Positions 35,814-44,548 of a DNA stretch of 53,468 nt are shown in pieces (the first letter of the stretch is position 1; each line of letters begins with the position of its first letter). The DNA comes from Phycisphaerae bacterium. Its GTDB lineage: Bacteria; Planctomycetota; Phycisphaerae; Sedimentisphaerales; Anaerohalosphaeraceae. The translations under genes were made by a program, and so were the position numbers. The notes under the pieces were generated by a model. That model was given only the letters and a program-made list of their open reading frames with translations, was not told the origin of the DNA and ran no database searches. Location of the stretch: contig JAAYVQ010000268.1 in NCBI GenBank assembly GCA_012517095.1, positions 1 through 53,468 on the forward strand, in the 5' to 3' direction.

Positions 35814-37187
35814 TCATTGCCTTTCCAAGTCGAGAATCGTTTGGACATATTGATCCGCGTCGAATTTCCGCCTCAGGCCGGCATCGTTCATATAACGGAT
35901 ATTGCCGAAGATCGGTCGACGACTCCACGGACGATCGTGTTTGCCGAAACACCAGGCCACGCCGGCAAAACCGTTGGGATCGCGCCCGTCCAGTTCATAT
36001 TTGTCGTTCAGATCAAGCGCGGTCGCAAACGCCTCCTGCGGAGTCTTGGACCATTCCAGGATCTTTTTGCCCCAGTACATCCGCATATAACCATGCATTT
36101 TTCCGGTCATTACCATCTGTTTTTGTGCGGCGTTCCAATACGGGTCGTGGCTTTGTGCCTGTTCCAACTGGTCGCGTGAATACCGATATGTTCGTGTGTC
36201 CTTGCGATGGGTATTCAGGGATCGACGAGCCCAGTCGGGGAGCCCGTCGTATTGATCATAGCGGGCATTGAAGCGGACAAAATTGGAGGATAATTCACGA
36301 CGGACAATCAGTTGTTCGAGAAAAGCATCTGCTGCCGGGCTGTTCTTTTCGCCGACATACAAGGCGATTTCCAGCGGACTGATATGACCGAAGTGAAGAT
36401 AAGGACTCAGGTCAGACTGATAATCTTTCGTGGGATCGTTGTGACCTTTGTCGTAATGATCCAGCTTGCAGTCAATGAATCGGTCCAGAAGCCGGTGGGC
36501 CTGTTGTTCTCCGCCGACAAATAACGGTGAGGGACCGACCGAGCGGTCGATGTTGAGCTTGTTTAACAGATTATCGATATCGATCGGCGATTCGGAGGCG
36601 ATTTTCAGATTCATGGAAGACAACCGCGGCTTTCCGGATGGAAGCGGGACGAGAAATTGCGGCAAACATCGGTGAATTCGGGGTCGAAATACGCCGGCCG
36701 AGTACATTTCTTTGTCGGCGGCGGTCAGAACCGGCACGATCAGATTGGTTTCGACTTCAAGCAGGGGGCAGTCGATCACCGAGGCAACGGCATTTCGCCA
36801 CTGCCGCTGGATTCTCAGGTGGCCGGCATCCGTGATCACGAGATCGGCTTTGCGGGATAGCGCGATCGCGACGGTGTCGGGGGATCCGATTCGCAGGATG
36901 AATCGAATTCCAATTCGGGCCAAAGCGGCATCGACCTCCTGGAGACCTTCCAACATGAAGCGGTAATGGCGGAGATTGGCGTTGGGAAAGATATCGGTCA
37001 AACCAAAACCAACGACGAGTGGTTTTTTTCGTTCATTGGCCGTACGAATAGCCAGTTCCAGAGCATGGTTATACCTCACCCGCTGGGCGGCCTGCATCCA
37101 ATAGAGGACGGCTTCGCGATTTCGCGGTTCCGAGGGGTTCAGATTTTCGACTCGTTCCGATTCGATCACGACGGTATCGTAGGGCAA
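35814..37187 (-). CDS. phr: deoxyribodipyrimidine photolyase, class II
   Basis: Class II hallmarks: N-terminal ...VLYWMQAAQRVRYNHALE..., C-terminal ...HGYMRMYWGKKILEW... and DPNG(F/Y)AG..W..G.HDR.W. Confidence 0.85.
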   Translation of the reverse strand: MPYDTVVIESERVENLNPSEPRNREAVLYWMQAAQRVRYNHALELAIRTANERKKPLVVGFGLTDIFPNANLRHYRFMLEGLQEVDAALARIGIRFILRIGSPDTVAIALSRKADLVITDAGHLRIQRQWRNAVASVIDCPLLEVETNLIVPVLTAADKEMYSAGVFRPRIHRCLPQFLVPLPSGKPRLSSMNLKIASESPIDIDNLLNKLNIDRSVGPSPLFVGGEQQAHRLLDRFIDCKLDHYDKGHNDPTKDYQSDLSPYLHFGHISPLEIALYVGEKNSPAADAFLEQLIVRRELSSNFVRFNARYDQYDGLPDWARRSLNTHRKDTRTYRYSRDQLEQAQSHDPYWNAAQKQMVMTGKMHGYMRMYWGKKILEWSKTPQEAFATALDLNDKYELDGRDPNGFAGVAWCFGKHDRPWSRRPIFGNIRYMNDAGLRRKFDADQYVQTILDLERQ

Positions 37188-37219
37188 GACCGGGGTTTCG
37201 TCAACGGTTGATCGTTGCG

Positions 37220-38095
37220 TTATCGCAGATGTCGAAACCGATCGGGCGACAGGCCGAAAATTCGCTTGAAGGTCCGCGAGAATGCGAATGCGTCGGCGAA
37301 CCCCAGCTCTCGGGCGACCTGCTTGACCAGAACCTCCGGATCGGCAAGCCGTTCGGCGGCGTGGTTCATCTTGCGGCGGATCAGGACCTGGTATGGAGTT
37401 TGTTCATTAAAGCGACCAAAGAGACGGCAAAGATACGCCGCATCGATATGGCATTCCTCGGCGATCTGGGCCAGGTTTTCCAATCGCAGGAAGTGCTGGT
37501 AGATATAGCGAAGACATTGTTGATAGGTTGCATAAGCCCGGGACTGATCCTCTTGCCGGTCAAGTGACCGTTCGGCGATTTTGTAGCCGAGGTGTTCGAG
37601 AATCGCGCTGCAGATCCGGGGACTGTATCGGGAACCGGATTTTCCGTTGGCGATAAGGTCCTCATAGAGTCTTTGAATCTCATCGATAGCGGAGACCTGA
37701 AGGAATGTTCCCGGCGCCAATCCGGCGTCCATCATCGTTTTTTTGGCTTGTGTCCCGGCGAAATCGACAAAATATTTGACCATCGGTTCTTTACGGTCGG
37801 TGATGATCCGTTGCGAAATTCCCGGGCCGTAGGTGAAGACGGATCCGGCCGACAGGGGATGATCATTGCCGGACAGGATCAATGTGCCGCGGCCGTGGGC
37901 CACGAATTCGATCGAGAAGAAGGGAAAATCGTCACGGTCAATCCGGTAGTCCGGTAGGCACTGTTCCCGGCCGCCGGAAATCACGACCAGACGTTTGAGG
38001 CCGGAAAGAACGGCCGGTAACAAAAACCGGTTGACCTGTGTCACCTGCGAAGCGAACAGGTCAGGGCCGGACAGATTGTACGAAGTTGGTTTCAC
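37220..38095 (-). CDS. AraC family transcriptional regulator
   Basis: N-terminal cupin-like sensor plus a C-terminal double HTH (...IAEECHIDAAYLCRLF.....P..........A..L........V...A.ELGF.D...FSR.FKR..G.SP..FR). GTG start at 38095. Confidence 0.8.
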   Translation of the reverse strand: MKPTSYNLSGPDLFASQVTQVNRFLLPAVLSGLKRLVVISGGREQCLPDYRIDRDDFPFFSIEFVAHGRGTLILSGNDHPLSAGSVFTYGPGISQRIITDRKEPMVKYFVDFAGTQAKKTMMDAGLAPGTFLQVSAIDEIQRLYEDLIANGKSGSRYSPRICSAILEHLGYKIAERSLDRQEDQSRAYATYQQCLRYIYQHFLRLENLAQIAEECHIDAAYLCRLFGRFNEQTPYQVLIRRKMNHAAERLADPEVLVKQVARELGFADAFAFSRTFKRIFGLSPDRFRHLR

Positions 38096-38098
38096 GAC

Positions 38099-38192
38099 AA
38101 GTCAATAAATGCTATGTCTTGGACAATATTAGCCATTACCCTTTAGTATTTATTTGCGTATAGTATATACAATGGATATGTGAAAGTCAATA
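38099..38192. promoter_or_regulatory. divergent AraC/epimerase control region with a 9-bp direct repeat
   Basis: AAGTCAATA at 38099-38107 and 38184-38192, in an AT-rich spacer that also contains TATAGTATATA. Confidence 0.25.
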
Positions 38193-38246
38193 TTGGATAG
38201 GGAAGGATTTCGGCCCTCCCGGAACAAATCAGTCAGCGAGAAAAAA

Positions 38247-39305
38247 ATGGCAAAGAAAAACAGTACACAAAAGACCAACCTCCTGGCCCAGACAACGCTT
38301 AACAAGGATGACCAGATCGTTATCGCCGGTGCCGGCGGATTCATCGCAGGAGCATTGACGCGGTACTTTCACGATCAAGGGTTTACTCGTATTCGCGCGA
38401 TCGACAAAAAGCCGTTGCCCGAATGGTACCAGCGGGTTCCGGGTGTCGAGTGCCTGTGTATGGACCTCAAAGAGGAAGACAACTGCAAACGGGCCTGTGA
38501 GGGCGCTGTCGAAGTCTATAACCTTGCCGCCGACATGGGCGGTATGGGTTTCATCGAGCGGTTCCGCGTCGAGTGCCTGCGGAGTATCCTGATCAACACG
38601 CATATGATCGAGTCGGCCTGGAAGGCCGGGGCTCAGCGGTATTTCTATGCCTCGTCGGCCTGTGCCTACAACACCAAGCTGCAGGAAGACCCGAACTGTC
38701 CGGCACTGAAGGAAAGCGACGCGTATCCGGCGATGGCCGAACGCGGTTACGGATGGGAAAAACTGATGTCCGAGATGTTTTGTCAGGAATATACGGCCGA
38801 ACGGGGACTGAAGACCGCGATCGCCCGTTTTCACAATGTCTATGGGCCCTGGGGGACCTGGGACGGTGGCCGGGAAAAGGCCCCGGCGGCGATATGTCGC
38901 AAGGTGATCGAGGCCAGGGGTAGCGGAAAGCATGAGATCACCATCTGGGGTGACGGAAAGCAGACGCGAAGTTTCATGTTCATTGACGACTGCATTTTCG
39001 GAATCGATCAGATCATGCACTGTGACGAACTGATCGCCACGCCGATCAATCTGGGTTCCCATGAGATGGTTTCGATCAATGAGCTGGTATCCCTCGCGGA
39101 AAAAATCGCGGGCATTACACTTCAGCGTCATTACGATCATAATGCTCCCAAAGGTGTTGCCGGCCGTAACAGCGATAACACCTTCATTCAGAAAGTTCTT
39201 GGCTGGCAACCCTCAACCTCCTTGGAAAAAGGCCTGGCTGCTACATACAAGTGGATCGAACAGCAGTACCAACAGCGAAAAGCCGGCCACCGTACGGTCA
39301 GTTGA
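38247..39305 (+). CDS. GDP-mannose 3,5-epimerase-like SDR (NAD-dependent epimerase)
   Basis: GAGGFIA Rossmann motif. The stretch AADMGGMGFI....YASSACAYN.....LKESDAYPA....YGWEKL....FHNVYGP.GTW.GGREKAPAA.CRK...WGDG.QTRSF.FIDD...GRNSDN is colinear with plant/bacterial GME as I remember it. ATG at 38247; the longest ORF starts at a TTG at 38193. Confidence 0.8.
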   Translation: MAKKNSTQKTNLLAQTTLNKDDQIVIAGAGGFIAGALTRYFHDQGFTRIRAIDKKPLPEWYQRVPGVECLCMDLKEEDNCKRACEGAVEVYNLAADMGGMGFIERFRVECLRSILINTHMIESAWKAGAQRYFYASSACAYNTKLQEDPNCPALKESDAYPAMAERGYGWEKLMSEMFCQEYTAERGLKTAIARFHNVYGPWGTWDGGREKAPAAICRKVIEARGSGKHEITIWGDGKQTRSFMFIDDCIFGIDQIMHCDELIATPINLGSHEMVSINELVSLAEKIAGITLQRHYDHNAPKGVAGRNSDNTFIQKVLGWQPSTSLEKGLAATYKWIEQQYQQRKAGHRTVS

Positions 39306-39328
39306 TGTAACGATCTTCGGTCCAAAGA

Positions 39329-40129
39329 ATGGATGTCAAGACTCACAATCCGATCGAGATCACGGACGCCGTTGGCCACTTGCCGTACCGCATCGCTTTG
39401 GCCGGCGGGTGGATCGATCAGCCCTTCGTGTCGCGTTACAATCCCGATCCGCCGGGTTCGATGGTGGTCGTCGGTGTCGTCCCGCAGTTTCGATTCATGG
39501 ACCGATCCGGCATCTGCAGCAGTACCCGCGAGATCGCGATGAAGCTTTGGAAAGGCCGTTTGCCGGACGGCAATCCGGATAATCTGGTCCGCCAGCTCTA
39601 CGCCGCCGAAAACGACGGCAGGGCGGATCCTTCCGGCTCGCAGGACATGATCGGCCTGGTTTATCCGGGCATTAATCGGCTGGATTACGATTTCGCTTTC
39701 GAAGGCGGCGTATTTCCGAGGCATATCGAATCATGCAACAATCCGGCCGTAGCGGAGTGGCTGCAGAAGCATCTGCACATCCTGCCGGTAGCGCCGCGAC
39801 CCGATGGTTACAGTCCGCTTGGCCGAAGGAATCTGGACCCCCGGTGGATCGCCCGGCTGGGACGGTCCGGCCGCGATTGTTACGACTCCATCGTCCAGCG
39901 AAATCTGACGGAATTCGGCCGCTCAATGAACGAATGTATGCTCTGCTGGCAGATGATCCTGCCCGACACAGTCGATCACACGACCCTGACGGTCGATCTG
40001 GCGGGACTGCTGAAGGCCTATCAATCGCGATATCCCGGGGCCATGTATTCCGGTTGCGGCGGCGGCTATCTGTTGGTCGCCTCCGAACAACCGATCCCCG
40101 GTTCCTTCAAAGTCCAGATACGAGTGTGA
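39329..40129 (+). CDS. GHMP-kinase-superfamily protein, fucokinase/HddA-like
   Basis: Motif I-like PYRIALAGGWIDQP, a degenerate motif II (DRSGICSSTREIA), a QD-containing loop (PSGSQDMIGLVYPG) and motif III-like GAMYSGCGGGYLLV. Confidence 0.6.
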   Translation: MDVKTHNPIEITDAVGHLPYRIALAGGWIDQPFVSRYNPDPPGSMVVVGVVPQFRFMDRSGICSSTREIAMKLWKGRLPDGNPDNLVRQLYAAENDGRADPSGSQDMIGLVYPGINRLDYDFAFEGGVFPRHIESCNNPAVAEWLQKHLHILPVAPRPDGYSPLGRRNLDPRWIARLGRSGRDCYDSIVQRNLTEFGRSMNECMLCWQMILPDTVDHTTLTVDLAGLLKAYQSRYPGAMYSGCGGGYLLVASEQPIPGSFKVQIRV

Positions 40130-40134
40130 GAGCG

Positions 40135-40965
40135 ATGACGCAGAATTCACAATCAGTGGTGGTCCAGGGTGCATTCGATGACATTCGATTTGCCGATATT
40201 CGTTTCCTGCAGGAGGCCTCTCGATTCGGGCCGCTGACGGTTCTGCTGGCTTCCGATGCGCTCTGTCGACGCCTGACCGGCCAACCGCCGAAGTTCCCCC
40301 AGGCCGAACGGTCCTATACGATTCAATCCATCCGTTGTGTTGAAAAAGTACATCTCATCGACGAACCGATTGAAGGCGGATTACCTTCAATCGTTGAATT
40401 TTCGCCTTCTGTCTGGGCCGTCCGCGAGGGCGATTATTCGTCCGACCGACAATCGTATTGCAGCGGAAGGGGAATTGACTATCGCGTCATCCGGGAGTCG
40501 GAACTGGCCGGATTTCCCGAATGGAAATTTCCCCCGTTGGATTCATCTTCCCGGCGAAAGAAGGTTATGGTTACCGGCTGCTTCGACTGGTTTCATTCCG
40601 GCCATGTCCGCTTCTTTGAGGAGTGTTCCGAACTCGGCGACCTGATCGTTGTCGTCGGCCACGATCAGAATCTCCGCGAACTCAAAGGGCCCGAACATCC
40701 CCTTTTTGGCCAGGACCAGCGGCGCTATATGGTTGGGGCTGTGCGATTTGTTCATCTGGCGGTGATCTCGACCGGCCACGGCTGGATGGATGCTGAACCC
40801 GAAGTCATTCGCCTTCGGCCGGATATCTACGCGGTCAACGAGGACGGCGACAAGCCCGTCAAACGCGAATTCTGTAATCAGTACGGTATCGAATATGTGG
40901 TCCTCAAACGCCTGCCCAAACCGGGTCTGGAACGAAGGAGCAGTACGAATCTTAGAGGATTCTGA
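40135..40965 (+). CDS. tandem cytidylyltransferase-fold (HIGH-motif nucleotidyltransferase) protein; the N-terminal repeat is degenerate
   Basis: The C-terminal half has VMVTGCFDWFHSGHVRFF (a canonical H.GH motif). The N-terminal half has the same strand-helix pattern (VVVQGAFDDIRFADIRFL) but lacks both histidines. Start at 40135, 5 nt after the kinase stop; the longer ORF from 39733 overlaps the kinase gene. Confidence 0.65.
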   Translation: MTQNSQSVVVQGAFDDIRFADIRFLQEASRFGPLTVLLASDALCRRLTGQPPKFPQAERSYTIQSIRCVEKVHLIDEPIEGGLPSIVEFSPSVWAVREGDYSSDRQSYCSGRGIDYRVIRESELAGFPEWKFPPLDSSSRRKKVMVTGCFDWFHSGHVRFFEECSELGDLIVVVGHDQNLRELKGPEHPLFGQDQRRYMVGAVRFVHLAVISTGHGWMDAEPEVIRLRPDIYAVNEDGDKPVKREFCNQYGIEYVVLKRLPKPGLERRSSTNLRGF

Positions 40966-40992
40966 ACCGTTAACCGTGGAAAGGAAGGGAAC

Positions 40993-42954
40993 ATGAACAC
41001 AAAACACGCAACGGCAATCGCATGGATCATTCTGGCCGTGGTCATGATCGTTGTGAGGAGCATGCCCTGTTCTGCAGCGGGCAACCCGGCCCCGGCCTCG
41101 ACCACCGCAGCCGATTCGCTCAAGGATTTTAAATGCCCCGAGTGGTTCCGCGACGCCAAGTTCGGAATCTGGTCCCACTGGGGGCCGCAGGCCGTACCGA
41201 TGAACGGGGATTGGTATGCCCGTGGAATGTATGAACCCGGCAACAAGCATTATAAATATCACCTCGAACATTACGGCCATCCCTCGGAATTCGGCTACAA
41301 GGACATCATCCCGCTGTGGAAGGCCGAAAAGTGGAATCCCGAGCGATTGATGGCCCTCTACAAAAAAGCCGGGGCGAAATATTTCGTCAGCATGGGCGTT
41401 CACCACGATAACTTTTTCCTCTGGGACTCGAAAATCCACAAGTGGAACGCCGTCAACATGGGCCCCAAACGCGATGTCGTGGGTGACTGGCAAAAGGCGG
41501 CGAAGAAAGAAGGGCTCTACTTCGGCGTCTCCGAGCATCTTGGCGCCAGCTTTACCTGGTTTCAGTCCAGCCATCAAGCCGACAAGGAAGGTCCCAAAGC
41601 CGGCGTCCCCTATGACGGCGCCGATCCGAAATATCAGGACCTGTACCATTTCCCGGCCGAACCGGGCGACAACGGCTGGTATAGCAACAATCCCAAGTGG
41701 CACGCCCAGTGGTTTGAGCGGATCAAGGAACTCGTGGACAATTACCAGCCCGACCTGCTCTACACCGACGGCGGTCTGCCCTTCGGCGATGTCGGCCGGA
41801 CCCTTGTCGCCCACTTTTATAACAGTAAAATTGACGCTGCCGGAAAGACCGATCGCGTCTACACCTGCAAAAGCATCGGCTCCGGCGAATTCGTTCCCGG
41901 TTCTTATGTGCAGGACATGGAACGCGGGGTGCTTCCAGGAATCAATCCCTTTCCCTGGCAAACCGATACCTCCATCGGCGATTGGTACTACAATCGCAAC
42001 TGGAAGTTCCGCGATGTCAATTGGACAATTCATATGCTCATCGACATCGTCAGTAAGAACGGCAATCTGTTGCTGAATGTCGTCCAGCGTCCCGACGGTT
42101 CACTGGATGCCGAAGTCGAACAGATGCTCGAAAAGGTGGCCGCCTGGATGGCCGTCAACGGCGAGGCGATTTACGCGACCCGGCCGTGGCTGACCTTCGG
42201 CGAAGGGGCGGTCAAGGCCGGCGGCGGACACTTCAAGGAAGACTTTGCGTATTCCAATCAGGACATCCGTTATACTCGCTCCAAGGATGACAAGGTCCTC
42301 AATGCCTTCGTGCTCGGCTGGCCGGACAAGACCATCACCTTACGGTCGGTTCGGGTGGATGCGGCTTCGAGCGATGCGAAAGTCCGGATGCTCGGCTACG
42401 ATGGTGGGATCGAGTACTCGGTCAATGCCGAAAAACAACTGGTGATCACCATTCCTGAACTGCCCGAAGGCAAGCGGCCGGTCGGCCCGGCTTGGACCTT
42501 CCAGCTTACCGGGTTTACGGTCTCGCTGCATCCGTCGGCCCAGTATGATCAGCCCGGCGCCGTTGTTCTCACGGCTGAGAAGGCCGCGCTGGAAGGAGAC
42601 AAGATCAATACGGAACAAAAGGGGGATCTGGCCAAGAATATCGGATTTTGGGATTCGCCCCAGGACAAAGCCCATTGGCTGGTCGCGATCAAGCAGGCCG
42701 GGACCTATCAAATTCGCGGCGAATTTGCCACCGCTTCCGGTATATCAAAAGTTACAGTTGAGGTCGAATCCGGGCCTTCGACCACCGCCGAGATTCCCAA
42801 CACGGGTTCCTGGGATAGGACGGCCTGGGTCGAACTGGGGAAGCTGAATTTCGAAAAGCCCGGCGTATATCATCTGGTCCTCCGGGCTGCAGATGCCCAT
42901 TCCTGGAAACCGGTTAATGTCTGGCGGATCCAGATGGCGCCTGTGGCGAAATGA
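40993..42954 (+). CDS. alpha-L-fucosidase (GH29) with a C-terminal carbohydrate-binding-like domain
   Basis: Signal peptide; WFRDAKFGIWSHWG, AGAKYFV...HHDNF.LWDS and GPKRDVVGD motifs of GH29. The C-terminal ~130 aa beta-rich module (GTYQIRGEFATASG...GSWDRTAWVELG) looks CBM-like. Confidence 0.85.
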   Translation: MNTKHATAIAWIILAVVMIVVRSMPCSAAGNPAPASTTAADSLKDFKCPEWFRDAKFGIWSHWGPQAVPMNGDWYARGMYEPGNKHYKYHLEHYGHPSEFGYKDIIPLWKAEKWNPERLMALYKKAGAKYFVSMGVHHDNFFLWDSKIHKWNAVNMGPKRDVVGDWQKAAKKEGLYFGVSEHLGASFTWFQSSHQADKEGPKAGVPYDGADPKYQDLYHFPAEPGDNGWYSNNPKWHAQWFERIKELVDNYQPDLLYTDGGLPFGDVGRTLVAHFYNSKIDAAGKTDRVYTCKSIGSGEFVPGSYVQDMERGVLPGINPFPWQTDTSIGDWYYNRNWKFRDVNWTIHMLIDIVSKNGNLLLNVVQRPDGSLDAEVEQMLEKVAAWMAVNGEAIYATRPWLTFGEGAVKAGGGHFKEDFAYSNQDIRYTRSKDDKVLNAFVLGWPDKTITLRSVRVDAASSDAKVRMLGYDGGIEYSVNAEKQLVITIPELPEGKRPVGPAWTFQLTGFTVSLHPSAQYDQPGAVVLTAEKAALEGDKINTEQKGDLAKNIGFWDSPQDKAHWLVAIKQAGTYQIRGEFATASGISKVTVEVESGPSTTAEIPNTGSWDRTAWVELGKLNFEKPGVYHLVLRAADAHSWKPVNVWRIQMAPVAK

Positions 42955-42960
42955 ACAAAA

Positions 42961-43383
42961 TCAGCCGCCGCTGTCGGCCTTTTTACGGGAATCGAGGAAC
43001 GCCTGCAGGAAGGCCGCGGCGGCGATGGCGTCCAGTCGTTTTTTCTTTTTCCCCCGCGTCAGCTCCATCGCGCCGAGTTTGTTTTCGGCGTCGAAGCTGC
43101 TAAGCCGCTCGTCGAAGAATTCCACCGCGATGCCCAGTCGCTGGTGCAACAATCCGCCGAAGGTCCGGACCTCCGCGGCCTGCGGACCCTCCGTTCCGTC
43201 CATATTCAGCGGCAGGCCCAGCACGATCGCCCCAATCTTTTCGCGTGCAATCGTCTGCTGGATGCGTTCGATCAGGTCGGTCGTTCCCTCCACAACCGCC
43301 AGAGGCGAGGCCATCGACTCACCCTCGTCGCAGACGGCCAAACCCGTTCGTTTCCGACCATAATCGACCGCTAAATACCGCAT
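42961..43383 (-). CDS. ruvX: Holliday junction resolvase-like / pre-16S rRNA nuclease RuvX (YqgF)
   Basis: MRYLAVDYGRKRTGLAV start, ...GLPLNMDGTEG, DERLSS motifs. The longest ORF (to 43494) adds a non-homologous extension. Confidence 0.85.
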   Translation of the reverse strand: MRYLAVDYGRKRTGLAVCDEGESMASPLAVVEGTTDLIERIQQTIAREKIGAIVLGLPLNMDGTEGPQAAEVRTFGGLLHQRLGIAVEFFDERLSSFDAENKLGAMELTRGKKKKRLDAIAAAAFLQAFLDSRKKADSGG

Positions 43384-43415
43384 GTTATCGCTCAATACCT
43401 TTGAACGGGTTACCG

Positions 43416-44537
43416 CTACAAATATTTCTCGCCCGTACTCTTTTGGATGCGGTCGAGGAGTTCTTTGAGTCGGCCGGCCTCTTCGATCGGGCAAACCAGC
43501 GTCGCATCGTCACTGTGGACGACAAGCATGTTTTTCGCTCCCAGGCATGCCACCAGATGATCCGGTCGATCGCTGATCACGATGTTGTCCCGACAGTCCA
43601 GAAGTTCACGGCGTTCTGCAATAACCAGATTCCGCTGCCCATCGAGCTCGATCACTTCCGCCAGTGCCGCAAATGAACCCAGATCGTGCCAGCGACAATC
43701 CAGCCGGATCGCATAAACCTCCGGGGCCCGTTCCATGACGGCATAGTCGATGCTGATCTTCGGGATTTTTCCGAACCATGCCTGCAGGGCCTGGTTTCGC
43801 CCCCGTCCCTTCCACGCCTTGCCGATCGCCTCCAACGGCTCGATGGCCGCCGGTAGGTTCGCCCGCAAATGATTCAGGATCGTCGCTGCTTTCCAGACAA
43901 ACATCCCGCTGTTCCACGCATACCCGCCATCGGCGACATACTGCAAGGCGGTCGCCTCGTTGGGTTTTTCCTTGAACGCTGCCACCGGCGAAAAGGGATT
44001 AATACAGCCGTCGTATTGTGCCACCGGCCCGAGCTTAATGTAGCCGAACTGCGTACTGGCGTAGGTGGGTTTGATGGCGAAAGTCACCAACGCCTGTGGA
44101 TGATCGTTAACGAAATGCAGCGCATCCCGTGCGGCCGTTTGAAAATCCTCCGCCGGCTCGATGAGCTGATCGGCCGTTACGACGGCCATCGCCGCATCGG
44201 GATTTTCCCGGCTGACGATTGTCGCCGCCAGGCCGATCGCCGCCGCCGTATCCCGAATTTCCGGCTCGGCGATCAGGTTATCCTTGGGTAAATCCGGAAT
44301 CGCCTCGCGAATCCCATCGACAAAAAGTCGATTGGTCAATACGAGAATTTGGTCGGGCTCGACCAGCCCGGACACGCGATCGTAGCATAACTGCATCAAG
44401 CTCTTGCCGCCGAATAACGGCAACAGATGCTTGGGCCGGTTTTGACGACTCAACGGCCATAGTCTCCGCCCCGCACCTCCGGCCATGATGACCACATAAT
44501 CTGTATCGCCCGATGCCGAGCTTCGTTGTTTCGTCAT
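43416..44537 (-). CDS. manC: mannose-1-phosphate guanylyltransferase (NTP_transferase fold)
   Basis: VIMAGGAGRRLWPLSR...PK and EP..RDTA motifs. The ATG at 44537 has GAGG upstream; the longest ORF starts at a TTG at 44552. Confidence 0.8.
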   Translation of the reverse strand: MTKQRSSASGDTDYVVIMAGGAGRRLWPLSRQNRPKHLLPLFGGKSLMQLCYDRVSGLVEPDQILVLTNRLFVDGIREAIPDLPKDNLIAEPEIRDTAAAIGLAATIVSRENPDAAMAVVTADQLIEPAEDFQTAARDALHFVNDHPQALVTFAIKPTYASTQFGYIKLGPVAQYDGCINPFSPVAAFKEKPNEATALQYVADGGYAWNSGMFVWKAATILNHLRANLPAAIEPLEAIGKAWKGRGRNQALQAWFGKIPKISIDYAVMERAPEVYAIRLDCRWHDLGSFAALAEVIELDGQRNLVIAERRELLDCRDNIVISDRPDHLVACLGAKNMLVVHSDDATLVCPIEEAGRLKELLDRIQKSTGEKYL

Positions 44538-44548
44538 CGCTCTGGGCC

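Noticed and set aside
38229-39209. 326-aa minus-strand ORF
   Set aside because: It is antisense to the GME-like epimerase, whose homology is strong.
40543-42033. 496-aa minus-strand ORF
   Set aside because: It is antisense to the cytidylyltransferase and GH29 genes and has no motifs.
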